64,000 bases of DNA from Candidatus Bathyarchaeia archaeon (lineage in GTDB: Archaea > Thermoproteota > Bathyarchaeia > Bathyarchaeales > Bathycorpusculaceae), in NCBI GenBank assembly GCA_049521795.1, contig JBEKOM010000002.1, positions 64,001 to 128,000 of the forward strand, given 5' to 3'. The notes beneath the pieces are model-generated. The model had not been told where the DNA came from, made no database searches, and saw only the letters and a program-made list of their open reading frames with translations. Below, in pieces: positions 19,814-30,340 of this stretch (within the stretch, counting starts at the first letter, position 1; every line of letters begins with the position of its first letter). A program made the translations under genes and the position numbers.

Positions 19814-21003
19814 TCAGCTTGGCTAAGATCTCCAAGAAAGTCTTCTTGGGAACGTCCGGGTGGAGCTACAAGGAATGGATAGGTCCTTTCTACACCAAAA
19901 TGGACAAGAGCATGCTCCGCGCCTACACAAAGGTCTTCAAGACCGTTGAGATCGACTCCACCTTCTACCGCTATCCTTCAAAAGGCACCGTCATGGGTTG
20001 GACCAGATACTCACCCGAAGGCTTCATTTACACAGCCAAACTGCCCGGCCTAATCACACACGAGAAGAAACTAGAGCTCGCACGAGGCATTGAGGAAGAC
20101 CTGCAGAGATTCTTAGAACTGATGGAGCCACTCTCCCTAAGCGGCAAACTAGGCTGCATACTCATCCAACTCCCTCCAAGGTTTGACTACAGGCCAAAAC
20201 AGCTGGAAGACTTCTTCAAATTGCTCCCGACCCACGTGAAATTCGCCGTAGAGTTCCGAGACCTCTCATGGATGCGAAACGAAACATGGGCCCTCCTCGA
20301 GAAATACAAGGTAGCATACACAATCGTCGACGAACCACTCTTACCTCCAGAGACACACTTGACATCCCCGCTCGCCTATTTCCGATGGCACGGACACGGA
20401 ACCAGACCATGGTACAACTATCGCTATCGCGCCGAAGAGCTTCAGCCTTGGGCTCCCAGAGTTGAAGAAGTCGCTGACAAAGTCGAAAAAGTCTACGGCT
20501 ATTTCAACAACCATTATCATGGCTACGCAGTCGAGAACTGTCTGCAAATAATGGAAATGGTGGGGGCTTTAGAGCCAAAGCAAGTCGAAATCAAGAACAG
20601 GATAGAAAGCTACCGCAAAGATGCAACTCAGACGACTTATTCCACTCTTGAAGCTTTTGCTGCACCGAAGAACATGAATTTTGAGAGTCTCATAAACTAC
20701 TTCGTTCCTCCGGAAAGGTTGAAGAGAGCTGAACAGATGCCGGACAGTGACCTGACGATTACTAAGCGATTAAGTGAAAGGCTTGAAGCGAGGTTGAGAG
20801 AATATCACATAGTGATAGACGTAAGAGAAAAGATCATCCTTCATGACTGTGCAGACTGGGAACGAGTCTCGTCAACAAAAAAACTCTGCAAGCACATCGC
20901 AAAACTGCTATTGTCGATTGACAGAGAACAAGCTAATGGGATACTCAGAGATCTTTACGAACAGGAAGAAGCATGGCAATTCAAACCTTACCACCTTGAA
21001 TAA
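19810..21003 (+). CDS. DUF72-family protein with C-terminal SWIM-like zinc finger
   Basis: LGTSGWSY, VEIDSTFYRYP, LIQLPP, AVEFR, YFRWHG, YFNNH; tail HDCADW..LCKH. Confidence 0.88.
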   Translation: MISLAKISKKVFLGTSGWSYKEWIGPFYTKMDKSMLRAYTKVFKTVEIDSTFYRYPSKGTVMGWTRYSPEGFIYTAKLPGLITHEKKLELARGIEEDLQRFLELMEPLSLSGKLGCILIQLPPRFDYRPKQLEDFFKLLPTHVKFAVEFRDLSWMRNETWALLEKYKVAYTIVDEPLLPPETHLTSPLAYFRWHGHGTRPWYNYRYRAEELQPWAPRVEEVADKVEKVYGYFNNHYHGYAVENCLQIMEMVGALEPKQVEIKNRIESYRKDATQTTYSTLEAFAAPKNMNFESLINYFVPPERLKRAEQMPDSDLTITKRLSERLEARLREYHIVIDVREKIILHDCADWERVSSTKKLCKHIAKLLLSIDREQANGILRDLYEQEEAWQFKPYHLE

Positions 21004-21292
21004 GAAAACATTCTTTTGATCGATCATGGCTTTCTGCAAACCCCGTATCGGACTTGCGCACGCAATGCCACTACTCAGTCTAATGCCCGATCCCCATGTC
21101 CAGCCTGCTCAAATCTCAGTCCTAACTCCTCGAAGAAACACTCTAGAAAATCCTGCGATAGAAAGAACCTAGTGAGAAGCTTCCATTTGCCAGTGGGCCC
21201 GTGGCGCACGGAAAAGCACAGCGCACAAGCTGAGAGGACCGCATTTTGCTAATCTTCATCCCTTAGAGACGATAAAAAGAGGGGTTTACCTG

Positions 21293-21532
21293 CTACTTCG
21301 CGTTTTCCGAAGACATCAGCGTGAGCGTGGCCCTCACATTGTTCACCTTTCTGATGCGAACGGTCACGATCTCCTTGAGCCTATCCATGGTTTCCGCCTT
21401 CACCTTCGCAACAATGTCATAGGTCCCATAGACAGCAAAAACCTCATCTACGCCCTCGACCTTTTTCAAATCCTTCAGAACATCCGTTTCAGAACCTAGC
21501 TCTGTGTTGATCAAGACGAAAGCTGTTGGCAT
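21293..21532 (-). CDS. Lrp/AsnC ligand-binding-domain-only protein
   Basis: AFVLIN..VYGTYDIVAKV..IRKVNNVRATLTL; GGGGAG SD. Confidence 0.9.
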   Translation of the reverse strand: MPTAFVLINTELGSETDVLKDLKKVEGVDEVFAVYGTYDIVAKVKAETMDRLKEIVTVRIRKVNNVRATLTLMSSENAK

Positions 21533-21642
21533 CCAAACTCCCCTTGCCTACTGTCTGCTGTGAGAATAAAATATTTGCTGCTTATATAAGTGCTGACCAC
21601 AAGCTTTCAAGAGTCATGGCATGCTGATGGATTTCCATAGGA

Positions 21643-21901
21643 CTAAACCTTGTACTCTCTTCCCTTCTCAGGCAGCACTACTTCACCCCTAAGGTCTCGC
21701 GTGAACTTCGAACAGCTCAGCGTTCTCCGTATGAATTGGGAAGACCTTCGCCGCATCAACCTCTTTAAGAATCGATTTCAGCTGCAACGGCATGCCAAAG
21801 TCGAAGAAGATCCTGGTGTCTCCATCCTTGATCAGAATCTTATTCCCGCCAATCTCGTTCACCCCACCATAAAAGGCTAAAGTCGTTTCACGTTTGACCA
21901 T
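21643..21901 (-). pseudogene. Internally deleted MBL-fold (RNase J-like) hydrolase
   Basis: N-terminus FYGGVNEIGGNKILI..FDFG joined directly to C-terminal FPIHTE; frameshifted tail KFTRDLRGEVVLPEKGREYKV*. Confidence 0.7.
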
Positions 21902-21903
21902 GC

Positions 21904-23610
21904 CTACGCCTTCAGCCCGTCTGCTTTCCTGCAGACGCTTGAAAGAATAAACATTATGTGTGGAAAAGTGAACACGCTGAAAACCTTCGTGTACTTTGGG
22001 CTGCCCGCTTTCTTGACAGTGGCAACGCTTCCTCCGCCCTCCAAATATCCCCTGATAAAAGTCTCAGCAAACTTCTCCAGCCTTCCACCTTCAACGAACG
22101 GGGAAATGCTATGGCCTGAATAGTACAGAAATTCCGCAACGTCCCAAACCGCGTCTCCGTTTCGACTTGCCTGCTCAAAATCCATCAGACATACTTGACC
22201 TTCCTTTCCGATAAGGATATTCTCAGGCTTCGTGTCCCCGAGCGCAATACCCAGAGCATGTACACCTGCAAGCGTTTTCCCAATTCTCGCGACCACATCT
22301 AGATCTTTCGCAATCTCATCAGAATCTTTCGAACCAGCAACCTGCTTCACGACTCTTCCAACATCCTCCCCTTCAAAATACTCCATGACTATCAACCGGT
22401 CGCCAGGACTGACGTGCAGAACCTTAGGGACTGCGAAACCGTTTAAATCTAACAATCGACTGATGGCGCATTCCCTCTGGAGTCTTGAGCTGCCTGAAAC
22501 CGCGAAGGTTCGCGTTCCAACAGACCACAACGTGAGAGGAAACCATTTGAAATTCGACCAGTCCCTGAATCTCTTGACAACTGCCTTCCTGGGCTTGCCA
22601 CCCGCAAACGTCTTTACCAGGTAAACATCGTTCAAGATGCCGCCCATATTCTCAACCCTGACTTCAGCATTCGCATCAGCCCCAAACACCTTTCTGACGA
22701 CTGCTTCGATGTCTAACCTGCTCGCGAGCGGCACCAAACCGGATGCCGTTGGAACATAAACGTAGTTCTCAGGATCCTCGAACCTCTGCCAAATCCTTGA
22801 ATCCTCACCAAAACCCCTCTGAATACCAGAGAAAAGCTCCTTGTTCTGTGAAAGCGCATTCATAATCTGCGGAAAGAGACCGAGCAAGGACGTGAACAAA
22901 GCTCTTTGGCCTGTCTTGAAAAGATCGGTAAAACGTGCCCTACGGCGCCGCGAATCATCGACAAACTTCTTCGAAATTCTCAGGTAACCTTCCGAGTGAT
23001 AGACTATGCCGTCTTTTTCAAGCTGCTTCAATGCTTCGACAAAACCGTGAAGAGAACAGTCCACTCCCATTTCACCTTTCTTTTTTCCTAGGAGGCTCGT
23101 CAGGGCGTACATCGTAGGTGGAAAAAGTCGGCCCCTCGTCAACATGGTTTCATACATGAAATACTCTGGTTTAATGTGTAATTCGTACGAGAGTTCTGGG
23201 AAATCCATAATCAGACTCTGTAAGAGTTCGGTAATCAAGCGTTTCTTTAACTTCACCTCCTGCGAGTGCAGGTACGACTCATTTAACAGGGTTGCGTATG
23301 GGAAGGTAAGTGCACCGGCCAAAGCTTCTCCCAGCAATCCCCTGTCTACGTCCCTTTCAAAAACCCACTTGTCAACTGCTGAAACAGTGACGTAGCTCGC
23401 ACCCAGAACCTTGGCGTAATTCATCAGCCTCGGCTGAAAACCGCGTAGAATGACTAGCACCTGAAGAACGGTTTTCGTTGTGGGCAATGGTGAAGCGTAA
23501 TCGCTTCGTACACAACCTGCAACAACATGTGAAGAGCCTGCGGCATGCCTGCAAAAGTCGAGAATTTCTTCAGTCAGTTTCGGATCTGGATGCAATGTGC
23601 CCTGAGCCAA
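21904..23610 (-). CDS. Degenerate nucleotidyltransferase-like N-domain fused to a Bud32/KDO/APH-like kinase
   Basis: Kinase motifs GGILNDVYLV, VVKRF, LGDTKPENILI, MDFEQA; N-terminus has a weak MNT-like pattern. Confidence 0.75.
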   Translation of the reverse strand: MAQGTLHPDPKLTEEILDFCRHAAGSSHVVAGCVRSDYASPLPTTKTVLQVLVILRGFQPRLMNYAKVLGASYVTVSAVDKWVFERDVDRGLLGEALAGALTFPYATLLNESYLHSQEVKLKKRLITELLQSLIMDFPELSYELHIKPEYFMYETMLTRGRLFPPTMYALTSLLGKKKGEMGVDCSLHGFVEALKQLEKDGIVYHSEGYLRISKKFVDDSRRRRARFTDLFKTGQRALFTSLLGLFPQIMNALSQNKELFSGIQRGFGEDSRIWQRFEDPENYVYVPTASGLVPLASRLDIEAVVRKVFGADANAEVRVENMGGILNDVYLVKTFAGGKPRKAVVKRFRDWSNFKWFPLTLWSVGTRTFAVSGSSRLQRECAISRLLDLNGFAVPKVLHVSPGDRLIVMEYFEGEDVGRVVKQVAGSKDSDEIAKDLDVVARIGKTLAGVHALGIALGDTKPENILIGKEGQVCLMDFEQASRNGDAVWDVAEFLYYSGHSISPFVEGGRLEKFAETFIRGYLEGGGSVATVKKAGSPKYTKVFSVFTFPHIMFILSSVCRKADGLKA

Positions 23611-23716
23611 CTTTTCACCCTAAACGAGGACTATGATCTCAAGTACAATCTAGATCTCTACGAGATATATTTGATGCTTCCAACTTCACCAGAAGAAATT
23701 GTGTCAACGATGAGCC

Positions 23717-25078
23717 CTAATCTTTTTTTTCACGAATTATTGCGTAAGCTCTCAACACTCGCATTGCCCTAGCCGCTTTTTCGGGCAGATTATACAACGG
23801 AACACTTGACCGACCCAGCACTTCATACACTTTTGCGAAATCCTCTCCGCCGGCTGGAACGTCGACAACCGGTTTGCGAGGAAACCTTGATGCTATTCTT
23901 GGAATTACCCTTGAATCATACGGTTCAAAGAACGTAGATTTGAGCATGTTGATCACTAGCACGCCGTCCACGTTCTTGTCCGCAAGTATAAGTTCAAGCA
24001 CCTTCCTGTATCTGTCAGCCTTTGCATCAGCAATCAAGTCTATGGGATTGCAGGCGTCCACCCCGGGATATTGACGCTCGATTTCCTTCTTTGTCCCAGA
24101 AGACAAGCATGCCAGCCTTAGACCGTTTCTTTCAACTGCGTCCGCTGCTAGTATGGCCGGCCCTCCAACGTTACTGACGATTGCCACGTTGTCTCCGTGC
24201 ATCGGTGGCTGTTTGGACAGCGCGATAGCCATGTCCATAAGTTCCTCGATGTTTTCCACCCTGATTGCACCTGCTTTCTTGAAAGCCGCATCAAAAACCT
24301 CGTTTGACCCGGCTATTGAAGCCGTGTGCGACTTTGCCCTCTGCGCCGACTCGCGAGTAACTCCCCCTTTGAGAACCAAAATTGGCTTCCGCTTCACGAT
24401 CCTTCTCGCCTCGGCAATGAATTCTCTGCCGTTCTTGATCCCTTCCATGTAGAGACATATCACCTTCGTTTTCGTGTCTTTTCCGAGATACCGCAGCAAA
24501 TCAACGTCGTTCACGTCAACCTTGTCGCCTACAAAAGCAAACTTGCTGATTCCGACGTTGAAGAAGCATGCCCAATCGAGCAGGCAGGCGCCGACTCCGC
24601 CGCTCTGGGATATGACTGCGATGTTACCTTTTTCGGGCATGAGGTCTATTTCAAAGGTCGTGTTCAATCCGTTGGCAGTGTTCAGTACACCCATAATCGT
24701 GTTTGGGCCCAGGATCCTGATGCCATACTTCTCCTTAAGTCTTGAAAGACTGGCGCGCTGATTTTCTTTGTAGCCACCAGTGATCATGATAAGGGCTTTG
24801 ACACCCATCTTGGCGCACTCCACGGCTTGGGCGACCGAAAGCTCGGGTGGAAGCATGATGACTGCAAGGTCAGGTACTTCTGGCAGCTTTATCACGTTCT
24901 TGTAACCAGCTCGGCCGTCGACGTCTACGACATAGGCTTTCTCGTGGTAGAACCTCTTCATGTTGTACGTTACGTTGCCGAAGAGCTGAGGTGAAGCCAT
25001 CCCGACCTTCTCTCGAATCCTGCTGGAGCCTATAAGCACTGCCGATTTCGGTTCAAAGATGGCGTCCACTTTGTCCAT
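23717..25078 (-). CDS. acdA: Acyl-CoA synthetase (ADP-forming) alpha subunit
   Basis: ILGPNT, ISQSGG, LYMEG, SHTASIAG (phospho-His), NPIDL. Confidence 0.88.
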   Translation of the reverse strand: MDKVDAIFEPKSAVLIGSSRIREKVGMASPQLFGNVTYNMKRFYHEKAYVVDVDGRAGYKNVIKLPEVPDLAVIMLPPELSVAQAVECAKMGVKALIMITGGYKENQRASLSRLKEKYGIRILGPNTIMGVLNTANGLNTTFEIDLMPEKGNIAVISQSGGVGACLLDWACFFNVGISKFAFVGDKVDVNDVDLLRYLGKDTKTKVICLYMEGIKNGREFIAEARRIVKRKPILVLKGGVTRESAQRAKSHTASIAGSNEVFDAAFKKAGAIRVENIEELMDMAIALSKQPPMHGDNVAIVSNVGGPAILAADAVERNGLRLACLSSGTKKEIERQYPGVDACNPIDLIADAKADRYRKVLELILADKNVDGVLVINMLKSTFFEPYDSRVIPRIASRFPRKPVVDVPAGGEDFAKVYEVLGRSSVPLYNLPEKAARAMRVLRAYAIIREKKD

Positions 25079-25204
25079 GCGTGCACCCTTCAGACCGAAG
25101 TTTCAAAGGTGGAAGGAAACAAGATATGTGTTCCGTATTCATAAATCTAACCATAAGAACTACGCTTGAACGTTACTACGTGTGCTCTATTATTCCTATA
25201 ATGA

Positions 25205-25966
25205 TCAAGCGTTTCGTGTGAGAATTCTCATGTAAGCGAAAGCTGCGGTAAACGTAAAAATAGCGGAGAAGGCTGCAATGTACAAAATAGAAAGATAGGA
25301 GAAGGAATAGTTAGGCAACAAGATGGATCGGATCATGTCAGAAGCTCCGCTTAAGGGATTAATCTCAGCCAACGTGGCCAATGCTGCTCCCGCACTTTGA
25401 ATTACCGTGAGTGGATAGAAAACTGTGCTGCAAAAGAAGAGCACATAGTAAACCGCTCCTCTTGCAGTTATGAATTTTTCGAGGCTCGAGGTGGAAACAG
25501 CGATAGAAATGCTTAAGCCAGAAATGCCGACCGCCAGCAGAAAAAGCACGGCCAAGATCAACAACAACTGCCATATCGTGGGAAAGCCCACGAAAATGAA
25601 ACACGTCAGCAGGAGTGGCGACATATACATCATTCCTCTGAGTCCGCCTGAAAGAACCCGTCCTACAGCCAGCTCTAACCGTGTCATCGGCAAGCTCAGC
25701 ATGTAGTGGTGCACTTCTCTTCGACGTTCCATGTTGATTTCGCGTCCAATCATGAAAGCCGAGGCGAAGAGCCCGGTCACGGCCAAACCTGGCGCGAAGA
25801 AATTGAAGTAACTGCCAATCAAAACGTTAGGCTTCAAAATGGTATTGTAGACTAGTGCCGACACGAATAGGTCAGCAAGGTTCATACTGATTAAGCCCAC
25901 AAGCCACCATTTATAACGGAAGAAGTTCCTGAAGTCGTGCTCAACCATCCGAATAATGCCTTTCAT
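25205..25966 (-). CDS. ABC-2 type transporter permease
   Basis: Six TM helices, LSLPMTR, FYPL, NPLS motifs. Confidence 0.9.
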   Translation of the reverse strand: MKGIIRMVEHDFRNFFRYKWWLVGLISMNLADLFVSALVYNTILKPNVLIGSYFNFFAPGLAVTGLFASAFMIGREINMERRREVHHYMLSLPMTRLELAVGRVLSGGLRGMMYMSPLLLTCFIFVGFPTIWQLLLILAVLFLLAVGISGLSISIAVSTSSLEKFITARGAVYYVLFFCSTVFYPLTVIQSAGAALATLAEINPLSGASDMIRSILLPNYSFSYLSILYIAAFSAIFTFTAAFAYMRILTRNA

Positions 25967-26716
25967 CTATCGCCAGCCTCCCCCTTCAATCATCCTTTCG
26001 TAGATCGTAATGCCTAGAAGAGTAAAAAGTCCGAAGAAAGTGACGATCCCTAGGAGAGGAAGCAAAGGGTTCTGGACGTATATTATTTTTTCTAGGCCAG
26101 TGCCCCATCTGAAAAGGTCCGCGGCATACGTGAGAGGGTTGAGGTTCGCGGTCCAACCATAGATTGGGTTAGTCTGCTGTATGACATACGCTGGGTACAT
26201 GGTCGTGCTTAGGCGCACGATGAACGCATCTAGGACTCCCATGAGAATATCGAATCGATCGCTCGATTTAATCAATACGGCTATTGCAATTGACATGCCT
26301 GAAACTCCGAATGAGAAGAGGAAAAGTGCAAGCAAGGCAATTGTAAGATTCAACGGGTTGACAGCGCCAATCACGAACAGCGATATTGCTACGAGCGGTC
26401 CAACGTATATGAATGCTCTAAGTCCTCCACCTATTGATCGTCCTATGACGAGTTGCCTTCTAGAGACGGGGAGGCTTAGAAGATATTCAAAAACACCGTG
26501 CTCGGCTTCCTCATAAATGTCGAAACCGATGAATATTGCGGTCGAATAGAGGGTCATCACAGACAGCCCTCCTACGTAATATTTGAAGTAATCCGGAACG
26601 TTCACCATGTTTGCGGCGATCACACCAAACAGAAGGACTTGTGAAACGAACCAGATAGCGCGCATTATGATCAGGAACTTGTACTGAAAGAAGAGGCGAA
26701 CATCTCTCTCGATCAC
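25967..26716 (-). CDS. ABC-2 type transporter permease
   Basis: Six TM helices, LSLPVSR, MYP, NPLTY; start uncertain. Confidence 0.88.
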   Translation of the reverse strand: MIERDVRLFFQYKFLIIMRAIWFVSQVLLFGVIAANMVNVPDYFKYYVGGLSVMTLYSTAIFIGFDIYEEAEHGVFEYLLSLPVSRRQLVIGRSIGGGLRAFIYVGPLVAISLFVIGAVNPLNLTIALLALFLFSFGVSGMSIAIAVLIKSSDRFDILMGVLDAFIVRLSTTMYPAYVIQQTNPIYGWTANLNPLTYAADLFRWGTGLEKIIYVQNPLLPLLGIVTFFGLFTLLGITIYERMIEGGGWR

Positions 26717-26741
26717 GAACAGAGTCTTATTCGTCTACCAT

Positions 26742-27704
26742 TCACCTTTCATCCTTTTGGGCTTCCTCTATTGTCAGACCCGTGTAGTGAGCAAAAACGT
26801 CGTCAAGGCTCGGTTCGCTCATGCGTATCGAAGTAACGGGCACGTTTTTCCGGGAGAACAAGTCCATTATCCGCGGAACAACTTCTTCCACCTTGTTCAA
26901 GTAGAGACGCAGATTGCTCGGCTTGAGCTGCGTGATGTCTACGACTTCCTTCAGGCTTTTGAGATCTGCTATGATTTCCGCTGAGGCGTCCTTTCCGAGT
27001 TCAACGTCAACTATGTCCCCGCCCAGAATGCTGTCCTTCAACTTTTTAGGCGTGCCGCACACTAGGAGCTTGCCCTTATGGAGTATTCCCACGCGATCTG
27101 AGAGTTGGTCCGCCTCGTAGAGCTCGTTTGTGGCTAGAATTATGGTGCTTCCCTCGTCGCGAAGCTCAAGGAGCATGTTCCATATCTTATGTTTGCCGAT
27201 TATGTCGATCTGAGCTGTCGGCTCGTCGACTATCGCAACCTTGGGTCTTTGGACTAGGACTTTGGCCATCTCGGCCCGCTTGCGCATTCCACCTGAAAGT
27301 GCATGAACATTCTTGTGTCGAGCGTCCCACATGTCAACGGCATCCAACACTTGTTTGACCCGCAGTTTTCGCTCCGACGTTGAGAGGCCGCACACCTTGG
27401 CGTGCCAGTTGACCACGTCCCATGGGGTGCTGACCCACAGCATCTTGGGTTCCTGAAAAGCAACGCCTAGAACGCCTCGGACTTTTTCAGGTTGCTTCCG
27501 GATGTCGAATCCGCCGACTAGGGCAGTGCCATCTGTGGGTTTGATAACCGTTGCGAGCATAAGGATCGTGGTCGTCTTGCCCGCGCCGTTAGGCCCCAGA
27601 AGCCCGAGGATCTCGCCCTCCTCAATGTCCAAGTCCAGATGGTCGACGGCGGCGAGGTCTCCATATTTTTTTGTGAGGTTCTTAATTTGAATTACGGGTG
27701 CCAT
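26742..27704 (-). CDS. ABC exporter ATP-binding protein (DrrA-like)
   Basis: GPNGAGKT, LSGGMRKR, VDEPT, C-terminal PSLDDVF; start at ATG 27704. Confidence 0.93.
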   Translation of the reverse strand: MAPVIQIKNLTKKYGDLAAVDHLDLDIEEGEILGLLGPNGAGKTTTILMLATVIKPTDGTALVGGFDIRKQPEKVRGVLGVAFQEPKMLWVSTPWDVVNWHAKVCGLSTSERKLRVKQVLDAVDMWDARHKNVHALSGGMRKRAEMAKVLVQRPKVAIVDEPTAQIDIIGKHKIWNMLLELRDEGSTIILATNELYEADQLSDRVGILHKGKLLVCGTPKKLKDSILGGDIVDVELGKDASAEIIADLKSLKEVVDITQLKPSNLRLYLNKVEEVVPRIMDLFSRKNVPVTSIRMSEPSLDDVFAHYTGLTIEEAQKDER

Positions 27705-27950
27705 CGCTACACCATTTATGTTAAAGCAGATAGAATGACCACACCGAGAAATAAGATTAACTCCCTGCATCAAATCATAGTCTTATCATCATGGTGTGCT
27801 ACTCGGACTCAGATTCTGTCTCGACTGCACACAAAACTGGTGGCAACGTTTCGTCCGGCTCCAACAACTGTTTCAGATATTCTCTTAGGTCATGATCCTG
27901 AAGGAAGCATTCTTAAGAATACTCTGAACAATACATCTTCGTGGCTTGAC

Positions 27951-29339
27951 GTGAAGAGCACGGGGTTTGACTTCGTTGATAAGAGCAACATGAGCCTCAT
28001 GACCGATTTTTATGAATTGACAATGTGCGCCAGCTATTTTCAAAACAAGAGGAACGAAGCCGCAACTTTCGACCTGTTCATAAGAAAACTACCCCCAAAC
28101 AGGTCATACTTCATCTTCGCCGGGCTGGAACAAACACTGCTCTTCCTTGAAAACATCAGGTTCAGTCAAGACCAAATCAGCTACTTGAGGACAAAAAGAC
28201 TAAGGGAAGATTTCCTGGAATACCTGAAAAGATTCAAATTCACCGGAGACGTATGGTCCGTTCCCGAAGGAACCACAGTTTTTCCTGACGAACCCCTAAT
28301 CAGAGTGACAGCTCCCATAATTGAAGCTCAATTGGTTGAAACATTTATCCTCAACACGGTAAACCTGCAGACGATGATAGCCACTAAAGCGTCAAGAGTT
28401 GTTCTCGCGGCACAAGGCAAGCCCGTGATAGAGTTCGGTTTGCGAAGAACGCAGGGAACGGACGCTGGAATGAAGGCAGCAAGGTGCAGCTACATCGCTG
28501 GAGCCAGCGGAACTTCGAACGTCCTTGCAGGCATGAAGCACGGTATTCCTGTGTTCGGAACAATGGCTCATTCTTACGTAATGTCCTTTGACCATGAGAT
28601 CGATGCCTTCAGAACTTTCGCGAAGGCCTTTCCCGAAAACTCAACCCTTCTCATAGACACCTACGACGACCTGAAGGGTGCAGAAAACGCGGCGATCGTC
28701 GCATTGGAATTGCAGGAAAAAGGGCAGAAATTGAGTGGGGTTCGACTTGACAGCGGCGACCTCGTGAACTTAAGCATCAAGGTCAGACACATTCTAGATG
28801 TCCACGGGCTTCAATACGTCAAAATCTTTGCAAGCGGAGACCTAGACGAGTATGCGATTGAAGACCTCACGAAGAAAGGGGCTAAAATTGATGCGTTCGG
28901 TGTCGGAACAAGAATGAGCACATCCAGTGACAGACCATACGTGGATGTCGTGTACAAGCTATCGGGCAAAGTGGAGCGCGGAGTATTTGTCCCAGCGATG
29001 AAACTGAGCAAAGGCAAGATAACTCTGCCTGGAAAGAAACAGATCTTCAGAAAGCGAAACAGTGAAGGAAAATATCTTAAGGATATTATAGGTTTGGAAA
29101 ACGAGAAAGTCAATGGAGAGCCTCTGCTAGTGAAGGTCATGGAGAAAGGCCGCATAACCTACGATGTCCCAGGGTTAGAAGAAATAAGAAGAGTCACTCT
29201 ACGGAACCTCTTGCAACTCCCAGACAAGTACAAGAAACTGACAGGCGCCGCTTTGTATCCAGTCGAACTGAGCCCTGCGCTGAGAAAGATCACGAATCAG
29301 TTGGAGAAACAACTGAGGCGAGAGGGCTACTCAGCGTGA
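27951..29339 (+). CDS. pncB: Nicotinate phosphoribosyltransferase
   Basis: TDFYELTM, EFGLRR, GTMAHS, IDTYD, RLDSGD, FGVGT; start trimmed to GTG 27951. Confidence 0.95.
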   Translation: MKSTGFDFVDKSNMSLMTDFYELTMCASYFQNKRNEAATFDLFIRKLPPNRSYFIFAGLEQTLLFLENIRFSQDQISYLRTKRLREDFLEYLKRFKFTGDVWSVPEGTTVFPDEPLIRVTAPIIEAQLVETFILNTVNLQTMIATKASRVVLAAQGKPVIEFGLRRTQGTDAGMKAARCSYIAGASGTSNVLAGMKHGIPVFGTMAHSYVMSFDHEIDAFRTFAKAFPENSTLLIDTYDDLKGAENAAIVALELQEKGQKLSGVRLDSGDLVNLSIKVRHILDVHGLQYVKIFASGDLDEYAIEDLTKKGAKIDAFGVGTRMSTSSDRPYVDVVYKLSGKVERGVFVPAMKLSKGKITLPGKKQIFRKRNSEGKYLKDIIGLENEKVNGEPLLVKVMEKGRITYDVPGLEEIRRVTLRNLLQLPDKYKKLTGAALYPVELSPALRKITNQLEKQLRREGYSA

Positions 29340-29678
29340 CGCCAATTTCAGCGCTGTTTTTTCGGCTTTTTCTACGACAGCTTGTTCGTCTGGAGTCTTC
29401 ATCTTATTGTTGTCCGAGGAGATTTTTCCCTCAACTATGACATTGCCCACATCGCTTCCTCCTGCTGAGTAGACGATGCTGGCTTAGAGTCGTCCAAGGG
29501 TTTAAGGTGTGGCTTTGAAGAGTCAACCAAGACTGTACCAGCCGTCAACGATGTAACCATAAAATGCAAAGGATTCAGAAAACTGGCAAAAACTTTGTCT
29601 AGCAGCGTCTGGAATCTAAGCTTGTCCTCCGTTGGACCTTCTCGATTTGTTGATGAAAGATAGTGGAAATGAGGGGGG

Positions 29679-30092
29679 TTAGATCATCGCTTTGGGTTCT
29701 TCAATTCTTCGAAGGAAAGGACGCAAGACTGAGTGTGAGACATTTTCCTCTGGAGGTCCGTTCTTGAACATGCTTGGGGAGCCTATTTTTCTGCATATGA
29801 AGTTGAGGGAATCTTCTGTGAAGTTCAGTAGGCTTTGTCCCTCAGTTGTCAGTTTGTACACTTTTCTAGGTCTTTCGGTTGACATCTCCCAGTCGCTCTT
29901 AACGAACCCTTTCTTTTCCAATGTTCCAAGTAACGGGTAGATTGTGCTTGGCCCGAAGTAGACTCCAAACGTCTTGCGGATCTTGGTGATTATCTGGTAT
30001 CCGTGCATGGGCTGTCCGTTGAGGAACTGGAGTATTATGAGGTCTAGAAGACCTTTCATCAACTTTGTTTGGACTTCCTTTGAGTTGTTCAT
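29679..30092 (-). CDS. PadR-family transcriptional regulator
   Basis: KGLLDLIIL..MHGYQII..PSTIYPLL..RPRKVYKLT..G. Confidence 0.93.
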   Translation of the reverse strand: MNNSKEVQTKLMKGLLDLIILQFLNGQPMHGYQIITKIRKTFGVYFGPSTIYPLLGTLEKKGFVKSDWEMSTERPRKVYKLTTEGQSLLNFTEDSLNFICRKIGSPSMFKNGPPEENVSHSVLRPFLRRIEEPKAMI

Positions 30093-30156
30093 TTCGAACA
30101 CCTTTTCTTTTTCTCTTGTGTGCCTGTCCAACAGTTTGCCTGTTAGACGGGACTAC

Positions 30157-30180
30157 GATATGTCTCTTGCGAGACGTATC
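30157..30180. promoter_or_regulatory. Inverted repeat between divergent PadR genes (candidate operator)
   Basis: GATATGTCTC-ttgc-GAGACGTATC, 9 of 10 bp complementary. Confidence 0.5.
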
Positions 30181-30340
30181 TTGAGTCTCTATATACACTA
30201 GACGCCGATATAAACGTTGATGCGCATCCCAAACATAAACAAGCATAAAGAAGCATACAAGGCGGCATGAACTTTTACGTAAGTCTAATAAACTTGGACA
30301 TGAACCACTACCAAATAGGCCACAGCTAGAACGTGAAAAA

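Noticed and set aside
27639-27950. 104-aa N-terminal extension of PncB in the ORF track
   Set aside because: Overlaps the divergent ABC gene and promoter; family homology starts after 27951.
29330-29449. 39-codon minus-strand ORF resembling a flavodoxin C-terminal helix
   Set aside because: Resemblance too weak to call without a search.
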